This document shows positions 36,186-49,899 of a stretch of DNA of 64,000 bases, one piece after another. Location of the stretch: NCBI GenBank assembly GCA_051294905.1, contig CM119371.1, positions 15,750,001 to 15,814,000 on the forward strand, read 5' to 3'. A program made the translations under genes and the position numbers. The notes beneath the pieces were generated by a model. It was given only the letters and a program-made list of their open reading frames with translations, ran no database searches and had not been told where the DNA came from. This DNA is from Botryllus schlosseri (lineage: Eukaryota). Position 1 is the first letter of the stretch. Every line of letters starts with the position of its first letter.

Positions 36186-37747
36186 CTTTGAAAACGATGA
36201 GTACAAAATGGTGATGTTTCACTTCAGCACAGGAATTGAGATTTCATTAGTGAGTGATCGTTAAGAAGTGTTTGTTGGCTAGATCCGGTGTACGTACAAT
36301 ATAGTCGGTGTACTGACTTAAAGTTTGTATTAAGCATATCCTCACTCAGTGTTACGTGGTCTTCGATTTTCTGAGACCCATCGTAAATGTTGTAATTGCA
36401 GCTGCGGATAGATGTAGGGGACTATTGGCGGTTGGGGCATAAAATATTTGTTATCAAAGCCATGTTGAATTTCACCAAAGAAAAACTTTCTTCCACGTCG
36501 AAAAAAACTGTCATGACGTTATAATTAATATGTATTTAAATAGGTGATACTGAACAACAGTTTTGTATATTACATCACAATATATCGATCAAAGTCATGC
36601 TGCAGTGCGAGTGAATCCATACCTGCTTCAGTTTTAGATACTTCCAACTTAACATATCCTCATCGGCCGGGATCTGGGTCTATTCCCTTGATCACAATAT
36701 ATAGGCAAGAGATGTACGCATCAGGATAGCTCCGCACCAAATGCTTCCATATATAACAGTAATATTCGCGCCGATAGTGCGATAACAAAATCTTATATAC
36801 TCACATACGTTTCCGAGCGTCATTTTTACATTGCAATGCATTTAGCAAGAGTATCGTCCTATTAAATAGTGTGTTCATATTGAAATGAATCCGAATATTT
36901 TCGGCTGACAGTCGTCAGGGTAATCGTCAGCAATTAGTAGAGAATGGAAAGGAACATTGTGGTATGTCAATAATCGTATCACAAAGTATTGCGTCACCGG
37001 CATGAAATTTCAAACAACCATGGCGAAGAGAGTGCTTAATCTGAATCACTGTTTTTAGATGGTACACGAACTCCTTTTGTTGGTACAGACTTAGCTGGCG
37101 TATTTTGAAAAAAAGTCGACTCCAAGACACTCAAATGAAAGTGAGAACGGCTTCTCCTGACGATGCGAATGAAATCTGTCGTCTCGATAAGCGTAAGCTT
37201 TCATACAAGCAAGATTATCTGACAAATAGGCCTACTTACCAATGGCAGAATTCATGACCTTTGCCTGCTCTGAATCACGATTCAGGGGTTGAATCAAGGG
37301 TGAGCTTTTCTCCGAGCGCATCACGGGTTCATTTCATTATGAATATTCATATTATTCAATTGTATATTGGAGTTCTGCACCTCCAACAAGCTCTTTATTA
37401 TCATCCTGCATCGCTTCTAGTCATATCACCGCCTCTTAGGTGATTAATCGTTACAATAACCTTCTATCTATGTAGAGGAGGCAATCATAGTGCGGTTCAT
37501 TGAAAATATCAAAAAATCGCAATTGTATCAGTTACAGTGCTTCAGTGTTTGTTCACGCCAGAAGTTTACGGAAATTTGGTGCTTATGCGAACTTGAACCG
37601 CAGATGGTTCGCGCCACGTTACATGCACACATATGTGGGTCGTGCTATACGCAATTACGAAAAAATGAAGGATATTGGCCTGATGTAAATGGCCATAGTA
37701 GTCGACAAACACCATGACTACCAAAAAACAAACAAACAATATCTTAC

Positions 37748-37882
37748 CCCAGTTCAACAGCGGGTCTTCGCTATTGCAATTATCCCCATTGCAGCAGTGG
37801 AATGCGTTGGTGTTGCTGCAGAAATACTTGGACAGAGTTTCACAATTGCCCAATTCGTTCGGAGCGAAGCACCCGCGTTGGT
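37748..37882 (-). pseudogene. Exon: C-terminal half of another LU domain
   Basis: QRGCFAPNELGNCETLSKYFCSNTNAFHCCNGDNCN, donor GTAAGA. The acceptor phase does not match the exon ending at 42287, suggesting a small indel or a missed exon. Confidence 0.7.
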
Positions 37883-38351
37883 CTAAAAACGTGTTGAAAG
37901 CTATTCAGTATTGGTACTATTTAATAACGAGTGTACTGCAGAGGCGATTAACGAAGTAACTCTGCTTTTCGGAGTGCGCGAGTATAGGTTTATTTTCTTT
38001 CAGCACTTATACTCAAGTGGGTACAAGTTACAAGTTGTTAAGCAAAACTACATATTTCTCACACTTTCAATTTTGTGAAGTAGGAAATAGTTTTGGGGTA
38101 CTTTTGCATCACCTTTATTTGTGAAAACGTCATAACAACCTGGCGAAATAGCCCATGCATATACATGTGTCATGTGTCATCTCGTAGGTAACCCCGTTTG
38201 TCTATCATTCAGACTTATAATCAGACGCTTAGAAGAAATTCTTGTTGGGCGATAATATTCATATTACCATCCGAATGCAAGAGCAGACCCAACTCTCCCA
38301 GATAAGATATTGAAATTAACGATCCGCATGTGGGCAGCAAAGAAAGGTAAA

Positions 38352-38374
38352 GAGAGAGAGAGAGAGAGAGAGAG
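38352..38374. repeat. (GA)n microsatellite
   Basis: Pure GA run. Confidence 0.9.
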
Positions 38375-39430
38375 ATGCGACGCTCTGCTCACCATTAAAG
38401 CTATATATAATTTTTCGACTAGGACCGCGCGACTGGACTCAATGAACTAAGATCATACTTTTTGGGATCAATTCTACAGTGAGTATCTTGATCGTGATTG
38501 TTCTAAATTGCGAATCCGAGCACCGCGATGAGGAGACGGAACTTTGCAGCCTGAGCATGAAGCGAACTCGAATATGGGCGTAGCCCAGACTCGAGATTGA
38601 CGATTGCGCCTTTCCTTTGGGCAAGGCTGGCTGTGAGGTTGTCTGAGCGGCTTTCTCTCTCATTCATGTATCTGATTACTGCGACAAGGAGTGTGAATCG
38701 CATAATCAAATACTATCACTCCACACTTAATATACGTGGCAAGTCGCATGCGCCCGTTTCATTCGACTGCCGGTTACACTACAATACGCGATAGTAGTCC
38801 AAATATATATAAAATAATCAAGCATGCTGGTTATGAGCATGAACTGAATCTATCACTTCATGCGAAGGATTATACCACATTATAGCATATGATGCAGACA
38901 AATCAGGAGCGCTTCTCGCCCGCCTCGTGGCGTTCACATTAATTCTTGTTGACATGAATAAGTCACCTTCACTCCTAAACATGGCAATATATGTCAAAGG
39001 TAAAGTGTGTTGTTTTTATGTGTGGAACGTGTGCTTTAGGTCAGTTACATGTCGTTCAGTAACGAGTATAATTTATTCTGACGAAAGTCCTCCTCGCCAC
39101 CAAATCCGCGTACGCGGTCTCTTGAAAAGACGCTACAAGGGTCGTGCTACAAGTCGTCAGATACGGAATCATAATAAAGAAAATATGGGCCTGCTTTAAA
39201 TGATCATAGTAGTCGACAAACGCTATCACCACCAAAAACAACAGCCCATTATTGCGGTAACTGAATTTATTTTCGGAAACTGCACCTATTTCTAGTATCA
39301 TTTTTCAGTTTGCGCTTGTCGCTAAATTGCATTTGGGAATGCCAGAAGTAGACAGTAGACACCCACGGTTAACTGCTAAATTATGCCACTTCTCGATTGC
39401 ATCTACTTTATGATACTATTAATTTGAGTA

Positions 39431-40340
39431 GGGGAGATGTGGTACCGATGGATCAAAAATTGGAAAATGATCGCTGGCCCAAAAATGTTCAGCCGAAAAC
39501 AGCAGGTCTTTTGCTGGCTCAGCACTTTGATACAAGCTCTACCTATCGCGCACATATACATGAATATCCGTCTTTTCAAAAAATATTTATGGACGTTCAA
39601 AATTTGTTGCTCGAACGTGTCATCGGTCCCCACCCGGTGGGTCCAATGGCACACGACCCGGGGACCTATGACACATATACCCCAAATACCTCAGATGTGA
39701 CAACTTTTCTTGCTCAGTATTATAATCTAAGCTACAGTAAGCCAAAGAAGAATGTTTGATCGCAACCGACAAGAAATAGAATAAATATTAACTCAAATGT
39801 TGTCATAAAATCACGTTTCGATTTAGGCTCGAACTTATAAATTTGAGGGTACATACATATTGCACGAAAATCGACAGTGTGACTTCCAAACACCTCGTTC
39901 CAGCGATAAAACATCATATGCAATTATTACATAAAGATTTTCTGTACGTAGGGATGTTTCATTTGTTTTATGATTAGTATGCTTAATTATTTTGCTTGAT
40001 TTGGCTATTGTATCATCGGTCCCCACCCTACGAATTTTATACATGAATCGAAAAAAATTCCACTCAAGAAAAGTACTGCAAAAATTAATAGGTGCCATTA
40101 TATAGCCTGATACAAGCCCTGCACTTCACAATAAAAATGATTGCTGGTTTGTTCCCGTTGAAGGTTTCAAAGAAAAATGTATATGTCGATATAAATTTAC
40201 TTTACACCCCCCAAAACAAAAAACATCTGTTTTGCCAGCAAGCAATTGTAGACAAGTTCACGGAGTGTAATCATGGAATTATCATAGAGAATTTTCAAAG
40301 TATTTTCGGTCCCAGTGATCCATCGGTACCACATCTCCCC
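39431..40340. mobile_element. MITE with TA target site (Tc1/mariner/pogo-like)
   Basis: TIR GGGGAGATGTGGTACCGATGGATCA, flanked by TA on both sides. Confidence 0.8.
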
Positions 40341-42286
40341 TACTTGTGAATTATGAGACCTCCATTCTCTACTTCTACATGAAGTTGTTTCAACATGTCC
40401 CTGGCATTGGTACTTTCAATTACAATGGAGTAGAAATTTATGGCGTTATTTCGACTTCAATTGAGTAGCAACGTTGAGTACATTGTCCCCCTTGACCTTG
40501 ACCTCGACCCAATGCCACCACGACCACCATAATTCCTGTTTCGTAAAATTCATAATTTTCATACGCACTACACAAATGTTAAGGTTGCACGTAAGTGAAT
40601 AAGTATTTTATCATCTCCACGGGGCACGAATGTTACCAAACGACTGCCATATAGTCACGTTTTCAATGCGCGAACGCATACACTTCTCGCAAACGCACCA
40701 TCTATTTTGAATTGCTTTGGTACGACAAAAAGATAATGATCCATGTTAGCCCCCAATTAAAGGATTACACACGGCCATACCAAAGCCGAATCCCGTGATT
40801 CAACCCTACAGATATCAAAATAGAATTACGCAATTAGCGGACTTCATCAAAGATATAACCCATTGGACTCGAATGGATTTATATGCTCCGGCGAACACGT
40901 TAAAGATAATGTCAGGTACGATTCTTCCAACGGCAGACTTTGATCATCAATTGAAAAGTTGGAGGACCAGTCGGAATAATGACGAAAAATATCATCCTAA
41001 CTATGGTGGACGGAAATTGTGGCCTAATGTATGGCCAAAAACATATGTGCTATTTTCGCTCAGCTATCCGTACAGAACAAGAATTCGGATGACGATTTAA
41101 GAAATTGGCGATGTGGTATAGCTTTTATATTGAATGGAAATTCACGGATAGAGCTGGGAACAACGGTTCGGGTAATCGAATCCTTGTTCAGTATCAAATG
41201 CAATGATTCGACTCGAGTAGAGGAATACTAAGTAATAAAATATGTGCCTTCATAGACTAATATTTTGTCAACGACAAATATGGTATCAATACTTTATTTC
41301 CATCATTCGAGTGTCTAAATCTCATATAGCCGTATCTGCTCTACATTTTCGCGAACACAGATTTGGGTGATGAGTGTCAAATTCAAGTTGCCTTACAGGC
41401 CGGATTCAAACCTTCAATCTGTTCGCGATTCCAATATGTTTCCTCAAACTGCACGCCCTTGTTTTTCGCTTGAATACTTTATTTATCAATCCTGTATACA
41501 CAATAATTACATTTTAGGGTTATATTCTAGCAACACCTTTATTCGCAAACAACGAAATTTTGGCAAAAATTCGAAGATTAATCATTTGAATTCAACCGCT
41601 AAAACACTGACTTTAATGACGAAATAAAAGTTGGCAAATGTCTATGATTCCTTTGTTTTAGTCGTAATCTCGCGCTAACTCTGAGCGTTGCGTCATGAGG
41701 AATACAAAAGATTTAACTGTAAACGCGGACGTTAGAGTTAATCGTGATTCGGGTTTCTCTGTCTGTCTGGGGCCTTCTGAATCAGAAGTAATACGGCAAT
41801 ATGACCAACTACATTTGAATTCTACTTTATTGTATGTATTATATTTTCCATGCGACTTGCATATTACAGTTTCGCTGGCTCTTGGATCGGCAGTATAGTT
41901 TAGTACGAAGAGTATTATATGCGTGCAATGTATTAGTCGATAACAGGAGAATTCCATCATTAATTTTCGATGATCCATCAAATGCATCGCAAAAGATGAT
42001 AATTTCAGTTTCACCCATAAATTTCCCCTTCGATGTTGTTGGCACTGATGCACGATTTCGTAATATTCCGAGTATACTGATATTTGCGCATTTTCATGTA
42101 TAAGTTTCTATCGTTAGCTCATTCCGCATATTGTTGTTGTTGTTGTTTATTAAAAAGAAAGATTTGGCGCCTATCACCTGTTGGTCTTTTGCACCACGAC
42201 CAAGAATTCCGCATATGATGGGTTAATCGCTATGATTTGATTGAGATTTACAAATATCGGTATAATAAGAAGGAAACATACAGTAC

Positions 42287-42404
42287 CTCTGTCCGTTTTC
42301 AATCCATGCTTGGGTGAAACAAGAAGCACCAGACGAACATTCCATCGTGAAACACAAATAGGGTAATGTCGTCGCCGTACAAACATAGCAACTTACAGCT
42401 TCAC
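42287..42404 (-). CDS. Exon: N-terminal half of an LU domain
   Basis: Acceptor TTTCAG. GEAVSCYVCTATTLPYLCFTMECSSGASCFTQAWIENGQR. 118 bp, phase 1 to 2, same size and CFTQA motif as 33279-33396. Confidence 0.82.
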
Positions 42405-42680
42405 CTGAAATACACCTAATCAATTTAAATATAAAGTCGCGCACATGATCATAGTTATAGTTGTATACAATTATAATGCGAATACAGAGGTGGTCAAAGT
42501 GGTTATCGTTAGCACTCAAGTGGAAGTAGAAGACAGGTAACATAATAGGTTTTGGCGAAAATTTTCAGCTCCAATACCAACGCACAAACTCTAACCAATC
42601 GAAATGCTTCCCCGTTGATAATGAATGTATGAATTGCCACGATGCGATTTCAAAATGACTTTGCTTTGCCTAATTGTGCT

Positions 42681-43108
42681 TAGGGTTGCATTTAAATTAA
42701 ACGGTGTTTTAAAACACTTTGTTTAAAACATGTTTAAAACATGTGTAATTGTGTATATACTTTCCAAAAAACATGTTGCATGAGCCTATACGGACAATTA
42801 CCAACCTATAGCCGACGTAAATCGATATGGAAGGACAGCTTCTTTTAGGTACAGAACTTCAATATACTATTACAATACTATTCAATCGATATGGAAGGGT
42901 TGCAACCCTCAAAATAGTCGCTTCAGAAGCATAGTAGTACAGTTATTACGTCAAAGGAGCGATATTTACCCTATATCTTCAAATGTTACTGTCAATCCAC
43001 CATGACGGCATAGTTGAATATTCGTGACGTCATAGCTTAAAAAACAATAAAAATCATGTTTTAAACAAGGGCTTTGTTTCAAACATGTTTGTCTTAAATG
43101 CAACCCTA
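42681..43108. mobile_element. hAT-type MITE
   Basis: TIR TAGGGTTGCATTTAA; 8-bp TSD ATTGTGCT/ATTTTGCT. A related end occurs at about 49115. Confidence 0.8.
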
Positions 43109-45370
43109 ATTTTGCTATACAGGAGGTACCCTACATAGTGATACGTCGATTACACGTGACGCTCGACGAAATTTTGAAGATACGTTTATCTACGTTGAAT
43201 ACTTTTAAATTCGAATCGTTGCAACTTGCACACTTGAGTAATCAAATACGATAATCAAGCGTTTGGTAACTAACCAACTCTGGCCGTAGCTAGGTCTCAT
43301 CGTCTAGCTATTCTGGTCTATATTGACCAGTGTGCATGGATTACTATGATTCCTTTGGCACTTCGTTCAAAAGTTAAAACAATTTGAATCAATCTTCATC
43401 CAGTATTAAATTAGATAGCGGATAGAAGTAGCACACTAATAAAGAACCAGGTCATAAACATTTTTTGGTGTAGATATATCTAAACATCCTATATATTTAT
43501 GGAGCATATCTCTCTCAGCCATATAGACATAGACAATTAGTGATTGGTGTATTGGCCTAATCGGACTGCATGCTTTACGGCCACCTAACTTGACTTCGAA
43601 CTACATACCTGTAGATGCCATAATAAGCACGGCTACGACTTCGCAAAACAAAATCTTGAGTTTGAAATTTGACTTCAGTAATATTGTATTGCTTCCTACA
43701 CACGGCTCGAGCACTCATAACATGAAAATGCATTCGGTAACCATTACCTTTACAAGACAGAATAATGAATCACGATCATGGTGGCACGCGTTCTTGCCAT
43801 TAGAAATGATTATTTCCAGCAGCTTATGCGTGGATCTCCTTATTCAGAGTCATAAGAACTCTCTAAGCAATTGCTCTGTCATATCTCACAATGATTACGT
43901 AGTGTGTAATTGAAAATATGGAGAATGAAATCCGGGGAGCCTTGTATAGTTAAAGTTATTTTATCAGTATGTAACTATAGGCGAGCAAGCGACCGAGGGT
44001 GTCTGTTTCAGATGCGAATTCGCACGAACTGAAACTTTTCTGTTAAATTTATAAGTGGCATAAACTGGAACATACAATATACTGATAGGTTACAATCATT
44101 GCCGACATGCCAGTATTTACACTGCGTTCGTCCGTATGCTATTTCCACTATCCGGAGGTTGGATTCAGTCAGTTCTATACAACCACCTGACATGAACTTT
44201 CAAGAGTTCAGAGCGGGCAGCATTACTAATTGGCATGTTGATAAGTTGTACTTGTACAATGTACAATTGTACATATGAAATGGGCACTGCGCTCTAAATA
44301 TTTGAGCTGTGGCGTCAAATTAAAGATAAAATCGGGATAAAAGGTGTCTACAGCCATGTTGTTCTGAAAGACGCCGTAATAGTATACTACAGCTACAATA
44401 TAATTTTAATTCTCCCCGTTCGCATGCTAGCTGCATAAATAAATTTCTATGGTGTCGCGGTTGTTCGTCGTTGCTACAAATTGCTGGCACGGTTTCTTCA
44501 CTGCGGCCCATGCTCGACCCAGTTTCTCGACAGGACTGCCCTCCCCTATACCAGGCCAGACAGCATGGTTAGAGTCACGACAGGAAAGAGAACTCGGCGT
44601 AAAAGCTTCCAACAAAATAAAACATTTATAGCTGATCCACTTCAGTAAAAATATCGGAAAACGAAATATAGAAGCGTACAAAAACCATGCGCCAACTGCG
44701 GGGCTTCATTTTAACATATGACCAGAGTGGTTCTCAACCGGTGCGCCGCGGCATATAGGCTACTAGTGTGCCATTCAAATCTCGCAATGATGCCGCGAGA
44801 GATTTCTTCAAAATTTATAAATTATACGTAAACTATTTCTAGTCTATGGCAAACAATCAATAATATAAATTAGGCTCGATATGAAGTTTGTATATATGTC
44901 AAATCAAAATTGCCCTCATACCTAGGCAATCAATACTCCCTGCTATATTTCGCTTTAACCGACCTATCGCGGATTTGAATCTGATTCAAGTTTTTCACAA
45001 TACGTTAATTAATCGCAGAGAAGAATACAGAATTGGCGGTACCTGTGTGGCAATCTATTTTTCAAATCCTCATTGTCTTCCTAATCGCAAGCGAGAAATG
45101 AACTCGTTTGGCAGTGATGTCCACGTTTACACATTCGAATTACAGACATAGCCATCCACAATGCGATTGTGAGGCAGCGTGCTGGCACTGCCGTTACAAC
45201 ACAGGCTTGTAGCGCAACGTTATGTTAGACACGATTAATTTGACAATTAATAAGTAAAGTTGATTAAATTATATCAGTTAACAAATTTCCCGGCTGCAAA
45301 TGTAATAATATCGGTTTGTTGGAAGCTTGGAATTAATATTGAACTGCAGGTGGCTGTCAGTAGAATTTTC

Positions 45371-46171
45371 GGCGCTTCTTCGATATACGCCCGAGATCAA
45401 AACAGTGTTCCCCATGACACCCGTAAATGTTTCCCCATGAACACGATATAAATTTATAAACGTCAAAATATTTTTTTTCTTCATTTGAATAGGCGGATAT
45501 TAGGGTTGGTGGAATGGATATATTGGTGTTGGATGTGGGTTAGGGTCCAAGTCCGGGTTAGGGTATCCCAAGATTACAGTTGGGGGAGGGGGGTATTAGG
45601 GAAGAGAAACGAGGGAGATTAGGGTTGGATGTGGGTTAGGGTCAAAGTTGGGGTTAGGGTATCTCAAGAGTAGGGTTGGGGGAGAGGGGGAAATTAGGGT
45701 TGGGGAAACCCTAACCTCAACTTTAACCCTAACCCCAACCCACATCGAACTCTAAGACCCCCCTCCCCCAACTCTAATATTCCCCTTCCCAAACCCTAAT
45801 TTTGGGATACCCCAAACTCAACTTTGACCCTAACCCTAACCCGCATCCAACTCTTATACCCCTCCCCCAACCTTAATATCCCCCTTCTCCAACCCTAATC
45901 TTGGGATACCCTAACCCCAACTTTGACCCTAACCCACATCCAACCGTAATATCCCTCCTTCCTCTTCCCTAATACCCCGTCCCCAACCGTAATCTTGGGA
46001 TACCCTAACCTCAACTTCGACCCTAACCCACCTCCAACCCTAATATCTGTCTCTCCAAAGGCCAAAAAAAAAATTTTTTACGGTTATAAAATTGTATCGT
46101 GCGTATGGGAAGCACTTGCTGGTGTTACGTGAAACACTGTTTCGATCTCGGGCGTATATCGAAGAAGCGCC
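45371..46171. mobile_element. Foldback MITE with internal telomere-like TTAGGG variants
   Basis: TIR GGCGCTTCTTCGATATACGCCCGAGATC; 8-bp TSD GAATTTTC. The left half is G-rich and the right half C-rich. Confidence 0.88.
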
Positions 46172-47320
46172 GAATTTTCGGGGTTTGGCTACCCTCGAGC
46201 GTGATACACGATCTGCGTGGAAATGCGTTATGAATCCAAGATTAGTTACATCGACAATGCGGGAGTGTGCATATTTTGTCAAACAAATCTTATGGATATA
46301 TTACTGATCATAAGAGCTCAATTATAGCAAGGTCTTTATTCGCATGCGGAATATTATTAGGCCTATCCTCTGATTTATTATTTTGAAGTTTACAATACTG
46401 TACTTACTACTTACGATTCATTACTACCATAAAGGCAGCTAAATATTAAACCTCTATTATATCGATTCAGAAATTGAACCGGGCCAATATATAAATACTA
46501 TACTCGTAGTTATCATAGGAACGTCTACTGCAGAATGCGCTCGCCATCGGCCAAATGGATTGAATTCAAATATCCGTTTGCTATAATCAAGCGATGAATA
46601 AAAAGAACAATATCAAGCAAACATTAATTTTGTATATAATTGAACAGTAAAACATGTGGTAGAAGCTAGAAATGATTGTTTGTTGAGACGTCGATTCGCT
46701 ACTCAAAAGATTTGGAGTTCTAGACATGGACGATATGAATGAAGCTTGAAATTGCCAAGTTTGTATCAGTTCCATTGTGGTCAAAGTCTCACCAATTTTA
46801 ACTACTACTTCACGACTTCACATCGACATGAAATGCGCATAGCTACAACACACGCGCGTCCTCGAAAAACAACTATCACATGATCAGGATGGAGTACAAG
46901 GAAGCGCATCGCTCTATTGAGTATGCCGGACCTGCAGTGCATAACAGCATCTCGCCGGCTATCCGACATGCGTCAAATATAAACAAATGCAATTTCCACT
47001 GAATCAATACTAGTCCGCCCTCAAGATCACCTGACCGCAATCTGACATATCGACCTCGCCAATACCGGCACATGCTCCCTTCATTTTTGTCGCTTACTTT
47101 TATGTTTTCCTTTCCTAAATCTAGTGTGCATGCCTTTTATTTACATGCTTTTCTGTACATGCCGAAATCAAATTGGGACAAATGCTGAATTACAACTGAT
47201 TGCATTTTTGATACTATAATGCAACTAGAATGATGACTCGACTCTATTGTCCAATGTAATGCCGCACACAATGGATAATGTATTGAACAAGAAAAAGAAC
47301 CAATCACTGGACAATAATGG

Positions 47321-49000
47321 TCAATTTGAAATCTTGATATACTTGGCATACGACGCGCAGCATGCCTCCATGTCGCCAGCACTGCGTTTGGTAGGTTGCG
47401 CCTCAATCGCGGGGATTTCAAGCTCGCGTAGTTCAACAGTTTTAACGTCAGTGCCCAACACGCCGCCGAATATGTACAGCTGGTCGGAAAGGTGGACTTT
47501 GACATGTCGACATTGTATCTCCAAATTGCTCAATATCTGCCATTGCCTCGTCTGTTCGTTTAGGAATTCGACCGTACACGTGACGCCTCCGAGAGCGTAC
47601 AGAAATTCCTTGTACCAAATGGCTGCCCCGTACGCCCTCCCCTTGATCATCGACGGAGATTGCGAATACTCCTTTTTTTGGAGTATCAATCTTGAAACAG
47701 AATTGTTTTCGTCTGCATCAGTATGTCCTTCCTGTCCGCCCAACACATAAACCGACTTTTTATCGCTCGCAACAGAAAATCCATCTGAATGTCGCATATC
47801 CTCGTAATCCACCCTGTGCCCCTCAACAGAGGCTATATCAAACATCATAGTTGACCGAATGGAGACCATTATCACCCATTTTCCTGTGCAAATAATCTGA
47901 TTATACTGTGACTTATCGCGGCCACCGTCTTCGTCGTCGCTTTCGTCTTCGTCATCGCTACCGTCGTCGTCGCTACCGTCGTCTTCCCCCATTGTCATTA
48001 CACATCTCCATTCGGTCCCGTTGAAGGCGTGCAAAGAAACACTGTCGCCAACGTAAAGTATCCCCTGATATTCCACAGCCTGACAATGCCGGCCAACAGC
48101 TGATGGCAGTTCACCGGCTTTTTCCCACGTCTCATTGCACAAATCGTATTGGTAAACCACTTTCGTAGCTTTATTAATTGACGTGATGTGGCTCATCGGC
48201 GGGATCCTGTTCTCAGCGGGAGGTAGCTTGCCTGCGAAGAAATTTCGGACATGTTGCAGGCATTTCAGCGAGCCATCAATCAGATTCACTGTACAAATTC
48301 GCTTTTTCACGATTTCTCGCGGAATGCGCTGTAAATCGATCTTTAGAAATAGATCGTGAAATTGTGTTTTTCTTTCTTCTACATTCGCGTTCGTCCACAC
48401 CACCAGCCCGGCCCATTTTATGAGCTCGGATGATCGAAACGAACCCCTCATCAAATCGAAACAATAATCCATCATTTCGTAATCCAGCAAGTTGATACGG
48501 GTAGACTTTACGAGCGCATGTAGATTAGCATCAAGAAATGTCAATATCGGCCCATTTAAAGCATCCTTGTTATAGAGACGAGACAAGTTGATCACTTCCG
48601 CGAACGTTGTCAAATCAATGTTTTCGGCCAGGAATTCGACGCATAGTTCTGATAGTTTCGGCATCTGCAGCATTTCCGCAGCGTCAAGCAGGCCTTTCGC
48701 TAATAGCTTGGAGATCCCCACAGACCCCAAATAAATGAAGTCGACGCATTGGCTCAAAACCTCGGGAGTCATTGCCGAAGAGAAGTCTATAGTTCCGGTG
48801 TTGGCTTCGTACGTGTCATTGGAGAACATCCCCCTAAAATATTCCGTGGATGCGGCCAAAACGCATTTATGCGCCATAACTTCGACGTGTCCGCATGTAA
48901 TTGTGACGTCGCAAAACTCCCCATTTGCTTTCAATTGCGACAACAGATTACTCTGGTGCGGTTCCGATTTTTTGTAAACGATCTTCATCTCAGAGTCCAT
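47321..49000 (-). CDS. Intronless BTB-BACK-Kelch (KLHL-like) protein, 559 aa
   Basis: FCDVTITCG...AHKCVLAASTEYFRGMF (BTB), a BACK region, and Kelch repeats (VYVLGG, LYALGG, LYIFGG). Confidence 0.93.
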   Translation of the reverse strand: MDSEMKIVYKKSEPHQSNLLSQLKANGEFCDVTITCGHVEVMAHKCVLAASTEYFRGMFSNDTYEANTGTIDFSSAMTPEVLSQCVDFIYLGSVGISKLLAKGLLDAAEMLQMPKLSELCVEFLAENIDLTTFAEVINLSRLYNKDALNGPILTFLDANLHALVKSTRINLLDYEMMDYCFDLMRGSFRSSELIKWAGLVVWTNANVEERKTQFHDLFLKIDLQRIPREIVKKRICTVNLIDGSLKCLQHVRNFFAGKLPPAENRIPPMSHITSINKATKVVYQYDLCNETWEKAGELPSAVGRHCQAVEYQGILYVGDSVSLHAFNGTEWRCVMTMGEDDGSDDDGSDDEDESDDEDGGRDKSQYNQIICTGKWVIMVSIRSTMMFDIASVEGHRVDYEDMRHSDGFSVASDKKSVYVLGGQEGHTDADENNSVSRLILQKKEYSQSPSMIKGRAYGAAIWYKEFLYALGGVTCTVEFLNEQTRQWQILSNLEIQCRHVKVHLSDQLYIFGGVLGTDVKTVELRELEIPAIEAQPTKRSAGDMEACCASYAKYIKISN

Positions 49001-49899
49001 AATCTATTCCGCTACAAGAATACCGGAAGACTGAAATAGATGTTATAATATAGTACAGCCTAACATATTTTCCCGGTCGATCTCTTATTATATCTTTAAC
49101 TTCGGCAATAGAATTAGGGTTGCATTTAAAACAAAAATCAATTTAAAACAAACGTGTTGAAACAAGGCCCTTGTCTAGAACATGCTCTTTTCATGGTTTT
49201 TATTTGTTGTTTTTTAAGTCATGACGTCATCATTATTCAATCGCTGGATAGCTTACTCACGACTGCATGAAAGTCTGGAAGATATTAATTTTATTTTATC
49301 CCTGTCGAGCGGCGTACCGTAAATGCGGAATTACTAGCCATCCACATAAACACCACAATATTATTCAAATCGTCGTATGAATATTAGATTTCTTGCTAAA
49401 TATGATGTTGTATCCCGTTAAAGAAGCACTTTATTCGAATAAATATGACGTCGCTGCAATGAAAATCATAGCTGCTGAGTGAGGCGCCAATAAATATTCA
49501 TGGCTCACTTCTTTTGTTCGACTTTCTGTGCCCTATCGTAGATTTCCCTGGATTGAATTCAATACCCTAATTAATGAATACAGATTTACTGATGTCTGGA
49601 GATATGAGCTTATATCATTGACATAACCGAATAATACCATAAATTAGTTATCCGCTTATTTATTACAAACTGGATTCAATCCCCAACTACGGGTATTGGT
49701 ACGGGTAGATATCAGTAAATACATTGCAAATATTCTGAATTGAATCTCTAATGAAAGGATGAACAAATATTCAAATTATTCGACCGCACTGACGGCACAT
49801 GGCGCAACTTCTTAACTCTTCTCACAAACCAATCTATGTCACAGCATGTTTGTATATGTGGTTCCACATGAATCACAAAGTTTTGAATGAAAAAAACGT

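Noticed and set aside
35995..36222. ZP-N domain
   Set aside because: Splicing to 34960 gives a convincing FN3 domain instead.
45500..46045. True telomere or chromosome fusion site
   Set aside because: The repeats are degenerate and enclosed by TIRs and an 8-bp TSD.
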